Below are positions 10,357 to 19,942 of a stretch of DNA of 64,000 nt, piece after piece. The notes under the pieces are model-generated. The model made no database searches. It was not told where the DNA came from and saw only the letters and a list, made by a program, of their open reading frames with translations. Every line of letters starts with the position of its first letter. The stretch's first letter is position 1. Both the position numbers and the translations under genes were made by a program. Source of the stretch: an uncultured Acidobacteriota bacterium (lineage in GTDB: Bacteria > Acidobacteriota > Thermoanaerobaculia > Multivoradales > UBA5704); NCBI GenBank assembly GCA_963770895.1, contig CAVYRF010000002.1, positions 1,472,001 through 1,536,000 on the forward strand. Direction: 5' to 3'.

Positions 10357-11700
10357 ATGTCTGAAAGCAGCCCGCAAGGGCCGGCTTCCGCCGACCCGTC
10401 CAACGACGCACCGGCCGCGCCGGTGTTAGACCCTGAGCTGCCCAAGCCCCTGTCCATGGGCGCCGTACTGCGCGTCACGGTGATGCGCCGCCTGTGGTAC
10501 GCGCAGCTCATCTCGCTGTTCGGCGACTTCCTGGCGCTCTACGCGGTCATCAGCGTGCTCACCTTCAGGCTGCACGCTACGGCGCAGCAGGTCACCGGGG
10601 TGCAGATCGCCTACCTGCTGCCGATCGCGATTCTGGGCATCTTCGCCGGCGTCTTCGTCGATCGCTGGAGCGTCAAGCCCACCCTGGTCGCCAGCGACGC
10701 CATCCGCGCCGGGCTGGTGCTGCTGCTGCTGCTGGCCACGCAGACGTGGCAGTTCTACGCCGTGCTCGCCGCCATCAGCGTGGTGTCCAGCTTCTTCGCT
10801 CCGGCACAGGGGATCGCCATCCGCTCCGCCGTGCCGATGCACGGCCTGCGCGCCGCCAACACCCTGATGCAACAGGTGATGTTCGGCATGCGCATCCTCG
10901 GCCCCGCCGCGGCGGGCTTCCTGGTCGCGTCGCTGGGTCCGCTCAGCTGTTACCTGCTCGACTCCGCCAGCTTCGTCGGCTCGGCGCTGCTGATCGCCTC
11001 GGTCGGCCTGGTCAGGGCGGGCGGCGGCGCGCCGGCCGCCGCCGCGGCGCCTTCCGAAGGTTCCGCCTTGGGCCGGGTGTGGACCGACATGCGGCAGGGA
11101 TTCAACTTCATCGTCCATCACGCCGGCCTGTTCTTCGTGGTCCTGTCGATGGCCGTCGGCATGTTCGTCATCGGCTGCTTCGGCCCGCTGATCGCCGTCT
11201 ACGTGCGCGACAACCTGCATGCGGCGACCAAGATCTTCGGCATTTCCAGCGCCCTCATCGGCGTCGGCATGCTGGTCGGCGCCAACGTGCTGGCCGTGGG
11301 CTCCAAGAGCATGAAGGACTCGACCCTGGTCTACGTCGGGCTGGGCGGCATCGTGGTCGGCCTCGCCTGGCTGATCGGCCTGACCTACGTGTGGTCGGCG
11401 TTTGTCGGCACCTTCACCATCGGCCTGGCGGTCGCCGGCATCGTCATTCCTTCGCAGACCATGCTGCAGCGGGAGACGCCGCCGGCGCTCCTCGGGCGGG
11501 TGGGTTCCACCATGATGTCGATGATCTTCACCGCCCAGATCCTCGGCCTGGTGCTGAGCGGCTACCTTGCCGCGGCGATCGGCGTCCGCCAGGTGTTCGC
11601 GGTCTGCGCCGTCGCGATGGCCGTCTTCATCGCCGTGGGGCGGCTGTGGATCGAACCGAGAACCCGCGCCAACTTGCCGCAGACCGGCCAGGCGGCGTAG
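10357..11700 (+). CDS. MFS transporter (DHA3/macrolide-efflux-like)
   Basis: About 12 hydrophobic segments; motif A-like AGVFVDRWS; LLGRV in the C-terminal half. Confidence 0.9.
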   Translation: MSESSPQGPASADPSNDAPAAPVLDPELPKPLSMGAVLRVTVMRRLWYAQLISLFGDFLALYAVISVLTFRLHATAQQVTGVQIAYLLPIAILGIFAGVFVDRWSVKPTLVASDAIRAGLVLLLLLATQTWQFYAVLAAISVVSSFFAPAQGIAIRSAVPMHGLRAANTLMQQVMFGMRILGPAAAGFLVASLGPLSCYLLDSASFVGSALLIASVGLVRAGGGAPAAAAAPSEGSALGRVWTDMRQGFNFIVHHAGLFFVVLSMAVGMFVIGCFGPLIAVYVRDNLHAATKIFGISSALIGVGMLVGANVLAVGSKSMKDSTLVYVGLGGIVVGLAWLIGLTYVWSAFVGTFTIGLAVAGIVIPSQTMLQRETPPALLGRVGSTMMSMIFTAQILGLVLSGYLAAAIGVRQVFAVCAVAMAVFIAVGRLWIEPRTRANLPQTGQAA

Positions 11701-11791
11701 GGTCCGGGCCGGGTCCCTGGCCGGCAGGCGCGCGCCGGGAAGGGGCGGCGCGCGCCCGCTGCGCCTCCAACGTCGGCAGGTGGCGCGCGCC

Positions 11792-12688
11792 CTACAGGCT
11801 TTCGCGGCGCAGCGAAGCGACGGCGCCGACCAGGCCGGCAAGGCTGCCGAGCAGCAGCAGCAGGCCCACCTGGGCGGGGCTCAGGAAGTCGGCGGTCAGC
11901 ACCGCGGCAAGCAGCGAATGGGTGCGGGCCTGGAGCAAGCGGTAGCCGGCGTACAGGCCGGCGCCAGCCAGGCTGCCGCCCACCAGTCCCTGGATCAGCC
12001 CTTCGACGTAGAAGGGGCCGCGGATGAAGAACTCCGTGGCCCCCACCAGGCGCATGATCGCGATCTCCTCGTGGTGCAGGTAGGCGGTCAGGCGGATGAC
12101 GCTGGCGATGGTGAAGATGGCGGCGCCCAGCAGGATGGCGCCCAGGACCAGGCCCACCGCGCGCACCACCGCCACCGCCGTCTGCACCTGGCCGACCCAA
12201 TCGCGGTCGTCGTCCACCAGCACCACCTCGGGGCGCTGGCGCCAGCCGGCGAGCCACGTCGCAAGGCCGGCGGCGCCGGCCTGCTCGCGGCGCAGCGTCA
12301 CCTCGAGCGACGCCGGCAGCGGCTCGCCGCCCGCGCCGCCCGCGTCCACCAGGTCCGCCAGGCTGGGAAAGGCTTCGCGGAACCGTTGCCGCGCCGCCGT
12401 AGCCGAGACGACGTCGACCGCCGCCACCCAGGGCGCGGCGCGCGCTTCGGCAGCCAGGCGGGACAGGTCGCCGCCGCCGGCGGTGGGCTTGACGTAGATC
12501 ACCACCCGCAGCTGCCCCTGCCAGCGCTCGACCGAGCCGGCCAGATTGCGGCTGGCAAGCAGGAAGGTGCCGCCCAGAGTCAGGCTGACGGTGATCGTCA
12601 GCACCGCCAGGATGCTGACGCGCCAGCTGCGCACCAGGTTGAACGACGCCTCACGGGCGAAGTAGCGCAGCGCGCGCGCCAGGTTCAT
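11792..12688 (-). CDS. ftsX: Cell division permease FtsX
   Basis: EEIAIMRLVGATEFFIRGPFYVEG motif; 4 TM segments; overlaps the ftsE stop. Confidence 0.93.
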   Translation of the reverse strand: MNLARALRYFAREASFNLVRSWRVSILAVLTITVSLTLGGTFLLASRNLAGSVERWQGQLRVVIYVKPTAGGGDLSRLAAEARAAPWVAAVDVVSATAARQRFREAFPSLADLVDAGGAGGEPLPASLEVTLRREQAGAAGLATWLAGWRQRPEVVLVDDDRDWVGQVQTAVAVVRAVGLVLGAILLGAAIFTIASVIRLTAYLHHEEIAIMRLVGATEFFIRGPFYVEGLIQGLVGGSLAGAGLYAGYRLLQARTHSLLAAVLTADFLSPAQVGLLLLLGSLAGLVGAVASLRRESL

Positions 12689-13605
12689 GCCGGGTCCTCC
12701 GGCACCGGCGGGGCCGACGGCGACGACGGCTGGGACTCGGGAGCGGGCGCCGGCGAACCCGCCACGGCGGGCGCTGGCGGCGTTGGGGCGGGGTCAAGGC
12801 CGGCAGCCGGTGAAGGCGCTGAGGCAGGCGAGGGCGAAGACGGCAGGAACACCGCTTCCCCGCCGCCGTCTTGAGGCGGCTGCTGCTCCGCCGGCGGCAG
12901 CGAGGAAGCCGCGGCGGCAAGGTCGGGGGGATCGGTGCCCGCAAGCGTCACGTCGCCGATCAGCCGCCCGCGGTCCAGGGTGAGCACGCGCCGGCCGATA
13001 CGCTGGATGGTGTCGCGGTCGTGGGTCGCCAGAATGACCGTGGTGCCGCGCAGGTTGACTTCCAGGAAGAGGCGCAGGATCTCGCGCGACAGGTCCGGGT
13101 CCAGGTTGCCCGTCGGCTCGTCGGCGATCAGGATGTCCGGTTCGTTGATCAGCGCCCGCGCGATCGCCACCCGCTGCTGCTCGCCGCCCGACAGCTGCAG
13201 GGGAAAGGCGTTCAGGCGATGCGCCAGGCCCACCCGCCGCAGGGCTTGATAGGCCAGCTGCTTCTGCTGCTTGGTGTCGATGCCCAGGACCCGCGGCAGG
13301 TAGGTGACGTTTTCGAACACCGTCTTGCGGCCGATCAGCCGGAAATCCTGGAAGACCACGCCGATGGTGCGGCGCAGATAGGGGATCTTGCTCGCCGGCA
13401 CCGACGCCACGTTGCGGCCGTTGACGACGATCTGGCCGGAGCTCGGCACCTCCTCGCGGAAGATGAGGCGCAGCAGGGTGGTCTTGCCGGCGCCGCTGGC
13501 GCCGGTCAGGAAGACGAACTCCCCGCGCGGGATGTCGAACGTCACGTCGTCCAGCGCCGTCTGGCCGCCGGGGAAGCTCTTTCCTACGTGAAAGAACTGG
13601 ATCAA
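12685..13605 (-). CDS. ftsE: Cell division ATP-binding protein FtsE with a Pro/Ala-rich C-terminal tail
   Basis: GASGAGKTT, IPYLRRTIGVVFQDFRL, LSGGEQQRV, ADEPTGNLD. Confidence 0.95.
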   Translation of the reverse strand: MIQFFHVGKSFPGGQTALDDVTFDIPRGEFVFLTGASGAGKTTLLRLIFREEVPSSGQIVVNGRNVASVPASKIPYLRRTIGVVFQDFRLIGRKTVFENVTYLPRVLGIDTKQQKQLAYQALRRVGLAHRLNAFPLQLSGGEQQRVAIARALINEPDILIADEPTGNLDPDLSREILRLFLEVNLRGTTVILATHDRDTIQRIGRRVLTLDRGRLIGDVTLAGTDPPDLAAAASSLPPAEQQPPQDGGGEAVFLPSSPSPASAPSPAAGLDPAPTPPAPAVAGSPAPAPESQPSSPSAPPVPEDPA

Positions 13606-13653
13606 GGTGCGGGGTTTCCCTCTGCCTGCCGCCGCGCCCGCGCGTCCATGCCG

Positions 13654-15144
13654 CTAATCGGCAGGTGCGTCGGCGACAGGCGCGGTCTCCAAGGCCTGGC
13701 GCATCAGGCGCTGCAGGGTCTTGGGTTCGGCGCGGCCGCCGGAGCGCTTCATCGCCTGGCCCACCAGGAAGCCCAGGGTCTGGGTCTTGCCCGCCCTGAA
13801 CTGAGCCACCGGGCCGCCGTGCTCCTCGATGACCTGGGCGACCCAATGCTCGATCTGCGGCAGGTCGCTGACCTGACCCAGGCCGAGGCGCGCCGCCGCC
13901 GCCGCCGGCTCTTCGCCGGTGCCGGCAATGGCGGCGAAGACTTCCTTGGCGGCGCTGTTGGAGATCTTGCCCGAGTCCACCATCGCCACCAGGGCCGCCA
14001 GCCGCGCCGGCGTCAGGATGTCGACCAGCGCCGTCCCCGGCTGGCGCTCCTTGCGTTCGCGCAGCACCTCGGTCATCACCCAATTGGCGACGGCCTTGCC
14101 GGCAGCCGGCGTGCCCGGCGACAGCGCCACGGCCGCCTCGTAATAGTCGGCGAGGTCGCGAGTCTGGGTGAGCACCAGGGCGTCGGCCGCCGGCAGCTGG
14201 AAGAGCGCCTGCAAACGGGCGCGGCGTTCCCAAGGCAGTTCCGGCAGCTGGGAGGACAGCGCCGCCAGGCGTTCGGCGGTCAGCACCAGCGGCGGCAGGT
14301 CGGGTTCGGGGAAGTAGCGGTAGTCGTGCGCCTCTTCCTTGCTGCGCAAGGTGCGCGTGGTGCCGGTGTCGGCGTCGAAGCTGCGCGTCTCCTGCACCAC
14401 CCGGCCGCCGCTTTCCAGCAGCGCGACCTGGCGCGCGATCTCGTGCTCGACGGCGCGGCCGATGTTGCGGAACGAATTGAGATTTTTCACTTCGGCGCGG
14501 GTGCCAAGCTGGCTTTGACCGCGGCGGCGCACCGACACGTTGGCGTCGCAGCGCAGGCTACCCTCTTCCATGTTGCCGTCGCTGGCGCCGGTGTAGAGCA
14601 GTAGCTGGTGGAGCGTCTGCAGGTAGTCCTGCGCCTCGGCGGCGCTCGCCATGTCGGGGTGCGACACGATCTCGACCAGCGGCACGCCACAGCGGTTGAA
14701 GTCCACCAGGCTCTGGCCCGGCGCCATCAGGCCGCCCGGACCTTCGTGCAGGAGCTTGCCGGCGTCCTCTTCCAGGTGCAGGCGCTGGATGCGGATGGTC
14801 TTGGCGTGATGGGTGAGCGGCAGGCGGCCGTGCTCGGCCAGGGGCCGGTCGTACTGGCTGATCTGGTAGCCCTTGGGCAGGTCGGGATAGAAATAGTTTT
14901 TGCGCGCGAAGACGGAGACCTGGCGCACCTCACAGCCCAGCGCCAGCGCCAGCTTGATGGCAAGGTCGATGGCAAGGTGGTTGGGGACCGGGAGGGTGCC
15001 CGGGTAGCCCAGGCAGGTCGGGCAGATCAGGGTGTTGGGGTCGGCGCCGAACCGGTTGGGGCAGCGGCAGAACATCTTGCTCGCGGTGAGCAGCTGCACG
15101 TGGACTTCCAGTCCGATGACGGCTTCGTAGTCCAGCGGCGCCAT
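13654..15144 (-). CDS. gatB: Asp/Glu-tRNA amidotransferase subunit B
   Basis: VIGLEVHVQL, RKNYFYPDLPKGYQISQY, LRCDANVS, YRYFPEPDL. Confidence 0.98.
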   Translation of the reverse strand: MAPLDYEAVIGLEVHVQLLTASKMFCRCPNRFGADPNTLICPTCLGYPGTLPVPNHLAIDLAIKLALALGCEVRQVSVFARKNYFYPDLPKGYQISQYDRPLAEHGRLPLTHHAKTIRIQRLHLEEDAGKLLHEGPGGLMAPGQSLVDFNRCGVPLVEIVSHPDMASAAEAQDYLQTLHQLLLYTGASDGNMEEGSLRCDANVSVRRRGQSQLGTRAEVKNLNSFRNIGRAVEHEIARQVALLESGGRVVQETRSFDADTGTTRTLRSKEEAHDYRYFPEPDLPPLVLTAERLAALSSQLPELPWERRARLQALFQLPAADALVLTQTRDLADYYEAAVALSPGTPAAGKAVANWVMTEVLRERKERQPGTALVDILTPARLAALVAMVDSGKISNSAAKEVFAAIAGTGEEPAAAAARLGLGQVSDLPQIEHWVAQVIEEHGGPVAQFRAGKTQTLGFLVGQAMKRSGGRAEPKTLQRLMRQALETAPVADAPAD

Positions 15145-15156
15145 GGTGGGAGCAGT

Positions 15157-15855
15157 TTATCGTAACCGCGGCGGAGCCCCCCGCGACGCGATGAAGGCGT
15201 GGTTGCGGCCGGCGGACTTGCCGTCGCGGCGGTAGCTGTACAGCAGGTCGGGGTGGCAGCGCGTGCACACGGCCAGCGTTTCGACGTCGTGGACGCCGGC
15301 GGCGTGCAGCTGGTGGCGGACGGCTGCCTGCAGGTCCAGCACCGGGCGGCCGCGCGGGCCCGGCGTGGCGATGGCGGAGGTAGAGGCGGCGACGACCTGG
15401 GCGGCCACGTCTTCGCCGGTTTCGTAGCAGCAGCGGCCGATGGCGGGGCCGATCCAGGCCTGGACCTGGGCGGCCGGGGCGGCCAGCGTGTGCAGAGCGT
15501 TGGCCAGGATGTTGGCGGCGATGCCTCGCCAGCCGGCATGGACGGCGGCGACGTGCGTCGCGGTAGCCAGCAGGATGGGCACGCAGTCGGCGGTGACGAC
15601 GCTCAGGGCGCAGCCGGCGGTGCGCGGTTGGACCAGGGCGTCGCCTTCGCCGCAGGCGCCGGGGTGGGCGGCCAGAACCTGGGCGGAATGGACCTGGGTG
15701 GCCCAGGCGACGGGGCGGGCATCCCCGGTGAGCTGGCGGTACACGTCGTCGCGGGCGGCTGGGGCGGGGCCGCGGCCGGCGAACAGGACGGTCAAGCCGG
15801 GAGCGTCGGCGCGCCACAGGGCATGTCCCGCCACGGTCTCGGGGCCGGACAGCAT
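15157..15855 (-). CDS. pgeF: Peptidoglycan editing factor / purine nucleoside phosphorylase PgeF (YfiH)
   Basis: QVHS, TADCVPILL, HAGWRG, IGPAIGRCCYE, YSYRRD. Confidence 0.93.
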   Translation of the reverse strand: MLSGPETVAGHALWRADAPGLTVLFAGRGPAPAARDDVYRQLTGDARPVAWATQVHSAQVLAAHPGACGEGDALVQPRTAGCALSVVTADCVPILLATATHVAAVHAGWRGIAANILANALHTLAAPAAQVQAWIGPAIGRCCYETGEDVAAQVVAASTSAIATPGPRGRPVLDLQAAVRHQLHAAGVHDVETLAVCTRCHPDLLYSYRRDGKSAGRNHAFIASRGAPPRLR

Positions 15856-15860
15856 GCGAT

Positions 15861-17075
15861 TCAGAGGGGGCGCTGGCGGAAGCCGCGCGGATCGCGGGCG
15901 AAGGCGCGCAGCTGGCCGCAGGCGGCGCTGACGTCGTCGCCGCGGCGGCGGCGCAGCGTCACGGTCATGCCGCGCTGGATGAGGCGCTGCTGGAACGCTT
16001 CGATGCGGGCGGCGGGCGGCGGCTGCATCGCGGAGCCGAGCACCGGGTCTGGGTTGATGGGGATGAGGTTGACCTTGGCGCGCACCCTCGCGAGCACCCT
16101 GACCAGGTGGTCGGCGTCGGCCAGCGCGTCGTTGAAGCCGTCGATCAGCAGGTATTCAAAGGTGATCTTGCGCCCCCGCTCCAGCGGATAGCGGGCCAGC
16201 ACCGCCAGCAGGTCGGCCAGCGGGTAGCTGCGGTTGATCGGCATGATCTGCGAGCGGCGCGCGTCGTCGGGCGCGTGCAGGGAGACGGCCAGGTTGGGCC
16301 GCCGCGGCCAGCCGGCCAGCTCTTCGATGCCGGGGATCACGCCCGCGGTCGAGATGGTGATGCGCCGCAGCGAGATCGACAGGCAGAGGATATCCAGCGC
16401 GGCGCGCAGGCTGGGCAGGTTGAGCAGCGGTTCGCCCATCCCCATGAACACCAGGCGCAGGCCGGCCGGGGGCAACCCGCGATCGGCGCGGATGGCCAGC
16501 ACCTGCGACACGATTTCGCCGGCGGTGAGATTGCGCCCCGCGCCCCAATACCCGGTGACGCAAAAGGCGCACGCCAGAGCACAGCCCGCCTGGCTGGAGA
16601 TGCACAGCGTCCGGCGATCGCGGTCCGGGATGTCGACCGCCTCTATGCTGGCGCCATCGTGCAGCTTGAACAGGTACTTGCACGTCCCGTCGACGGACTC
16701 CGCGCGCGACGCGATCTGCGGCCAGCCGATGCGAAAGCGCTCGGCCAGACGCGAGCGCAGGTCGCGGTGCAGCTCGGTCATCTCCGCGAACTCGCGCACC
16801 CCGCGCACGTGCAACGCCTGAAAGATCTGATCGGCGCGGAACGGCCGGTCGATCACCTCGCCCAGCGTCGCGCGCAGCGCGCCGGGCGGGAGCCCCAGCA
16901 GGTCCGGCCGCTCTGCCGCGGCCGCATCCGTCCCCGCGGGCAGCACAGCCGAAGCAGCGGGCGCCCCGCCGGCGACGGACGTCGGCAATTCCAGAGCGGT
17001 GGACGCGGAAGACGCGATGGACGCTGCGGACGGAGACGATGGCGCTGCCGGCGTGGGCGGGTTCACGTCAGACAC
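15861..17075 (-). CDS. rlmN: Dual-specificity rRNA/tRNA m2A methyltransferase RlmN
   Basis: CISSQAGCALACAFC radical-SAM motif, FMGMGEP, AACGQL. Start placed at GTG 17075, overlapping the upstream stop. The 754-aa ORF call is over-extended. Confidence 0.95.
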   Translation of the reverse strand: MSDVNPPTPAAPSSPSAASIASSASTALELPTSVAGGAPAASAVLPAGTDAAAAERPDLLGLPPGALRATLGEVIDRPFRADQIFQALHVRGVREFAEMTELHRDLRSRLAERFRIGWPQIASRAESVDGTCKYLFKLHDGASIEAVDIPDRDRRTLCISSQAGCALACAFCVTGYWGAGRNLTAGEIVSQVLAIRADRGLPPAGLRLVFMGMGEPLLNLPSLRAALDILCLSISLRRITISTAGVIPGIEELAGWPRRPNLAVSLHAPDDARRSQIMPINRSYPLADLLAVLARYPLERGRKITFEYLLIDGFNDALADADHLVRVLARVRAKVNLIPINPDPVLGSAMQPPPAARIEAFQQRLIQRGMTVTLRRRRGDDVSAACGQLRAFARDPRGFRQRPL

Positions 17076-17367
17076 TGCTGCGCCGCCGGCGCAGTCGCCG
17101 CGTCGGATCGATGCCGATCGACTTGAGGAACGAGAGATCACGGCTGTCGATCTGGAACAGCGGTTCGCCCGCCGCCGTCTTCGGCAACGCGGCAAGGCTG
17201 GGCACGTCGGGATCGTTCGCTTCCCTCTTGCAGTCCACCAGCAGATAGAGCGAGTAGCCCTCCTCGCGGATCTTGCGCAGCGTTCTGCTGACTTCCGAGG
17301 ATTCTGAGATCGCTTCGGAGAGTGCGCGACGCAGGTCGCGAAGCATGTGATGCAGCTTATCGTCCAG
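17068..17367 (-). CDS. Small hypothetical protein, probable CTG start
   Basis: ORF (M)DDKLHHMLRDLRRALSEAISES...FLKSIGIDP. GGAGG lies 9 nt upstream of CTG 17367; alternative ATG at 17346. Confidence 0.8.
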   Translation of the reverse strand: MDDKLHHMLRDLRRALSEAISESSEVSRTLRKIREEGYSLYLLVDCKREANDPDVPSLAALPKTAAGEPLFQIDSRDLSFLKSIGIDPTRRLRRRRSSV

Positions 17368-17451
17368 CGGACCAACCTCCCGGCGGCCTCACAGGCGGCA
17401 CCGGCATCAACCAAATCGCCCGGCGCAACCATCCAAGGAAGCCGAAGCCGG

Positions 17452-17480
17452 ATTATCCCCTGCCCCCCAGAGGGTGTCAA
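17452..17480 (-). promoter_or_regulatory. Sigma70-type promoter for the hypothetical-rlmN-pgeF-gatB run
   Basis: TTGACA-N17-GATAAT on the minus strand. Confidence 0.75.
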
Positions 17481-17599
17481 ACCAGGCCTGGCGAAGCCGT
17501 TCGTCGAGCACCGCTCCGCCGCCGGCCTCCGCAAAGGAGGCGAACCGGCGGCGGTGCGGAGTTGCAGGGCGCGGAAGGGAGCGGGCCGAGCGGGCGGAT

Positions 17600-18160
17600 C
17601 TAGTAGCCCGTCACGGCAAACCATGCCCCGGCCGGCGACGACGAAGACGGCGGTGAGGCGATGAAAATAAGCGGAGCGAAGCAGGCGGGGGGAAGAGCGA
17701 CCCGGCCGATGATGGTCGCGTCCCCGGCCTGTGATCCGCTCCCGGTCGTGGCGGGCACCAGGTCGGTGAAGTAGAGCTGGCCCGCCGTGGCATCGGCGGG
17801 ATCCTGGCAGCTCAACGCGGCGCGGAACTGCGGCACCGGGTTCTGCCCCTTGTCCTGGCCGCCGGAGATGACCAGCCCCTTGACCACCACGATCAGCTGC
17901 CCGTTGGAGCGCAGCAGCCCATGCACCGAACCGGTGATCGCCCATGGCGACCCGCCGCCGTTGAAGCCGCGAATGACGTTGGCCGCCTCCGTGCTGCCCG
18001 GATTGCCAGTCATAACGTCGAACGACAAGATCGTGAACGTGCCGCGCCGCGCGGCCGTGGTGTCCGGAGTGTCGGAACTGTCCTGCGCCCGTGCCGGCAG
18101 CGCCAGCACCGCCGAGGCGAGACATGCGATGGTGCCGAGTATCCCGAGAGCTCTACGCAT
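17600..18160 (-). CDS. Hypothetical secreted protein
   Basis: AAAGGAG RBS; signal peptide ending ARA; two Cys in the mature part. Confidence 0.75.
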   Translation of the reverse strand: MRRALGILGTIACLASAVLALPARAQDSSDTPDTTAARRGTFTILSFDVMTGNPGSTEAANVIRGFNGGGSPWAITGSVHGLLRSNGQLIVVVKGLVISGGQDKGQNPVPQFRAALSCQDPADATAGQLYFTDLVPATTGSGSQAGDATIIGRVALPPACFAPLIFIASPPSSSSPAGAWFAVTGY

Positions 18161-18478
18161 AAGGACTCCTTTCTCTGGACGGACCTCCGCCAGGAGGCCG
18201 CCGGGACCCGTTGGAACCAAAATCATGGAAGGGGTTTAGCAACCGTGGCTCGAACCGGCTCGCCGGCCGCGCGCCACGCCCTGCACCCGCACCTGGTACG
18301 TCCCCAGCCCGCCCCCTGCGGTTCTCCCCCGACAGCTCCTGCCGCCATGGCGAGGCAGGGAGCTGTCGCCGCCTTGACGCACGGCGCCGCCTCCGCGATG
18401 CTTACCGGACCCACGGACAAGCCGTAGACTCCGGTCCCCGCTGAGGCTGCAGTGCCCAGCCCCTCTAGGGAGGCATTC

Positions 18479-18940
18479 GTGATCGAGTTAAATTGGGAGA
18501 TCGACGTACGAGCCGGCGCCGTGCAGGTCTTCGCACTGCTCGCAGATCTGCGCGACTACCCCCGCTGGCTGCCGCGGTCGTCGGCTTTCAAAGGCACGGT
18601 GCAGATCTCCGACGGTCCGATCGGCGTCGGCACCACCTACGTCGAGCCGGGTCCGTTGGGCACCCGGTTTGGCACGGTCACCGCGTACGTGCCGCCCGCG
18701 CGCCTCGATTTCCGACAACCGATGACGCTGAAGCCGGCAGCCCTTGGCGTCATCGGCATCGAACTGTTCCACACCATCGCTGCCGCAGCCGATTCGGTCC
18801 ACGTCGTCCGCCGCTTGCACCTGTCGCCACGCGGACCGGTGCGGCTGTTCATGCCGCTCGTGATTCGCTCCTTCAAGGCTGAGAACGAGCGGATGATGAA
18901 GACGCTCAAAACTTTCGCCGAAAGCGAGGCGGGCGCGTGA
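18479..18940 (+). CDS. SRPBCC (polyketide cyclase/START-like) family protein
   Basis: VFALLADLRDYPRWLP, GPIGVGTTY, C-terminal helix LKTFAE; GGGAGG RBS before GTG. Confidence 0.85.
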   Translation: MIELNWEIDVRAGAVQVFALLADLRDYPRWLPRSSAFKGTVQISDGPIGVGTTYVEPGPLGTRFGTVTAYVPPARLDFRQPMTLKPAALGVIGIELFHTIAAAADSVHVVRRLHLSPRGPVRLFMPLVIRSFKAENERMMKTLKTFAESEAGA

Positions 18941-19013
18941 CTTTCGTCGCGCCTCAGGAGGCGGCAGTATCGCCGACGCTGGCGAGCAGCCCGGCGGGAT
19001 GCGCGTGCCCCGG

Positions 19014-19778
19014 TCAGATCATCAGGTCGCCGCCGTTGATGTCGATCGAAGCACCGGTGACGTAGCCGGCCGCTTCAGAGGCCAGCCAGCAGATCAGGTC
19101 GGCGACTTCGGCGGCGGTGCCCAGGCGCTGGATGGGGAAGGAGCGGGCGTAGGAGGCCAGCTCCTCGTCGGTGGCGTGCTCGCGGGTGAGCTCGGTGTCG
19201 ATCAGGCCCGGGCAGACCGCGTTGACGGTGATGCCGTGGCACCCCAGCTCCTTGGCGGCCGCCCGCGTCAGGCCGAGCAGCCCGGCCTTGGACGCCGTGT
19301 AGTGAGCGCCGCCCAGGGTGCTGACGCTCTTGCCGGCGGTCGACGAGAGGTTGATCACCCGCCCATAGCCGTTGGCCTGCATCGGCGCCAGCGCCGCCTG
19401 GATGCACAGAAACGCCGCCGTCAGGTTGACGTCCATGGCGCGCCGCCACTCCTCCTCGGTGATCTGGGCGAAGCGGGTGGAGTAGGCAGCGGCGGCGTTG
19501 TTGACCAGGATGTCGAGGCGCCCGAAGCGGGCCACCGTGTCGCCCACCATCGACCGCACGACCGCCGCGTCCGTGACGTCGCCGGTAAGGATCAGCAGCC
19601 GGCCGCGCTCCTCTTCCGATCCCCACTGCGCCGCCGCCAGCTCCGCCGCGCTTGCGGCCCGCCGCACATTGATCGCCACCGCCGCGCCGCGCGCCAGCAT
19701 CCCCGCCGCCGCCGCCCGTCCCAAACCCCGCGCCGCCCCGGTGATCAGCGCCACCCTGCCGCTCAGCATCGCCGCCAC
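19014..19778 (-). CDS. SDR family oxidoreductase (FabG-like)
   Basis: TGAARGLG, NNA, YTASK, NAVCPG, YVTGASIDINGG. Confidence 0.95.
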   Translation of the reverse strand: MAAMLSGRVALITGAARGLGRAAAAGMLARGAAVAINVRRAASAAELAAAQWGSEEERGRLLILTGDVTDAAVVRSMVGDTVARFGRLDILVNNAAAAYSTRFAQITEEEWRRAMDVNLTAAFLCIQAALAPMQANGYGRVINLSSTAGKSVSTLGGAHYTASKAGLLGLTRAAAKELGCHGITVNAVCPGLIDTELTREHATDEELASYARSFPIQRLGTAAEVADLICWLASEAAGYVTGASIDINGGDLMI

Positions 19779-19942
19779 CTCCCCGTCTACGCATCCAGTC
19801 GCCGGGCAATATATCGTGCCCCCGGCTGCGCGCAGTTGCGCCAGCTACCGCCGCCACCCTCCCGGCTCACCCATAGCTCGATGGCCCACGCGGCAGTGTC
19901 TACCGTAAGATTTCGACGCGCCGCTGCGGCGCCGGGAGGACC

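Noticed and set aside
13654-15144. gatB without adjacent gatC/gatA
   Set aside because: Split gatCAB loci are common; the partners are probably elsewhere in the genome.
15861-18125. Apparent 754-aa RlmN fusion
   Set aside because: The upstream part overlaps two better-supported genes and a consensus promoter; RlmN homology begins only near 16900.
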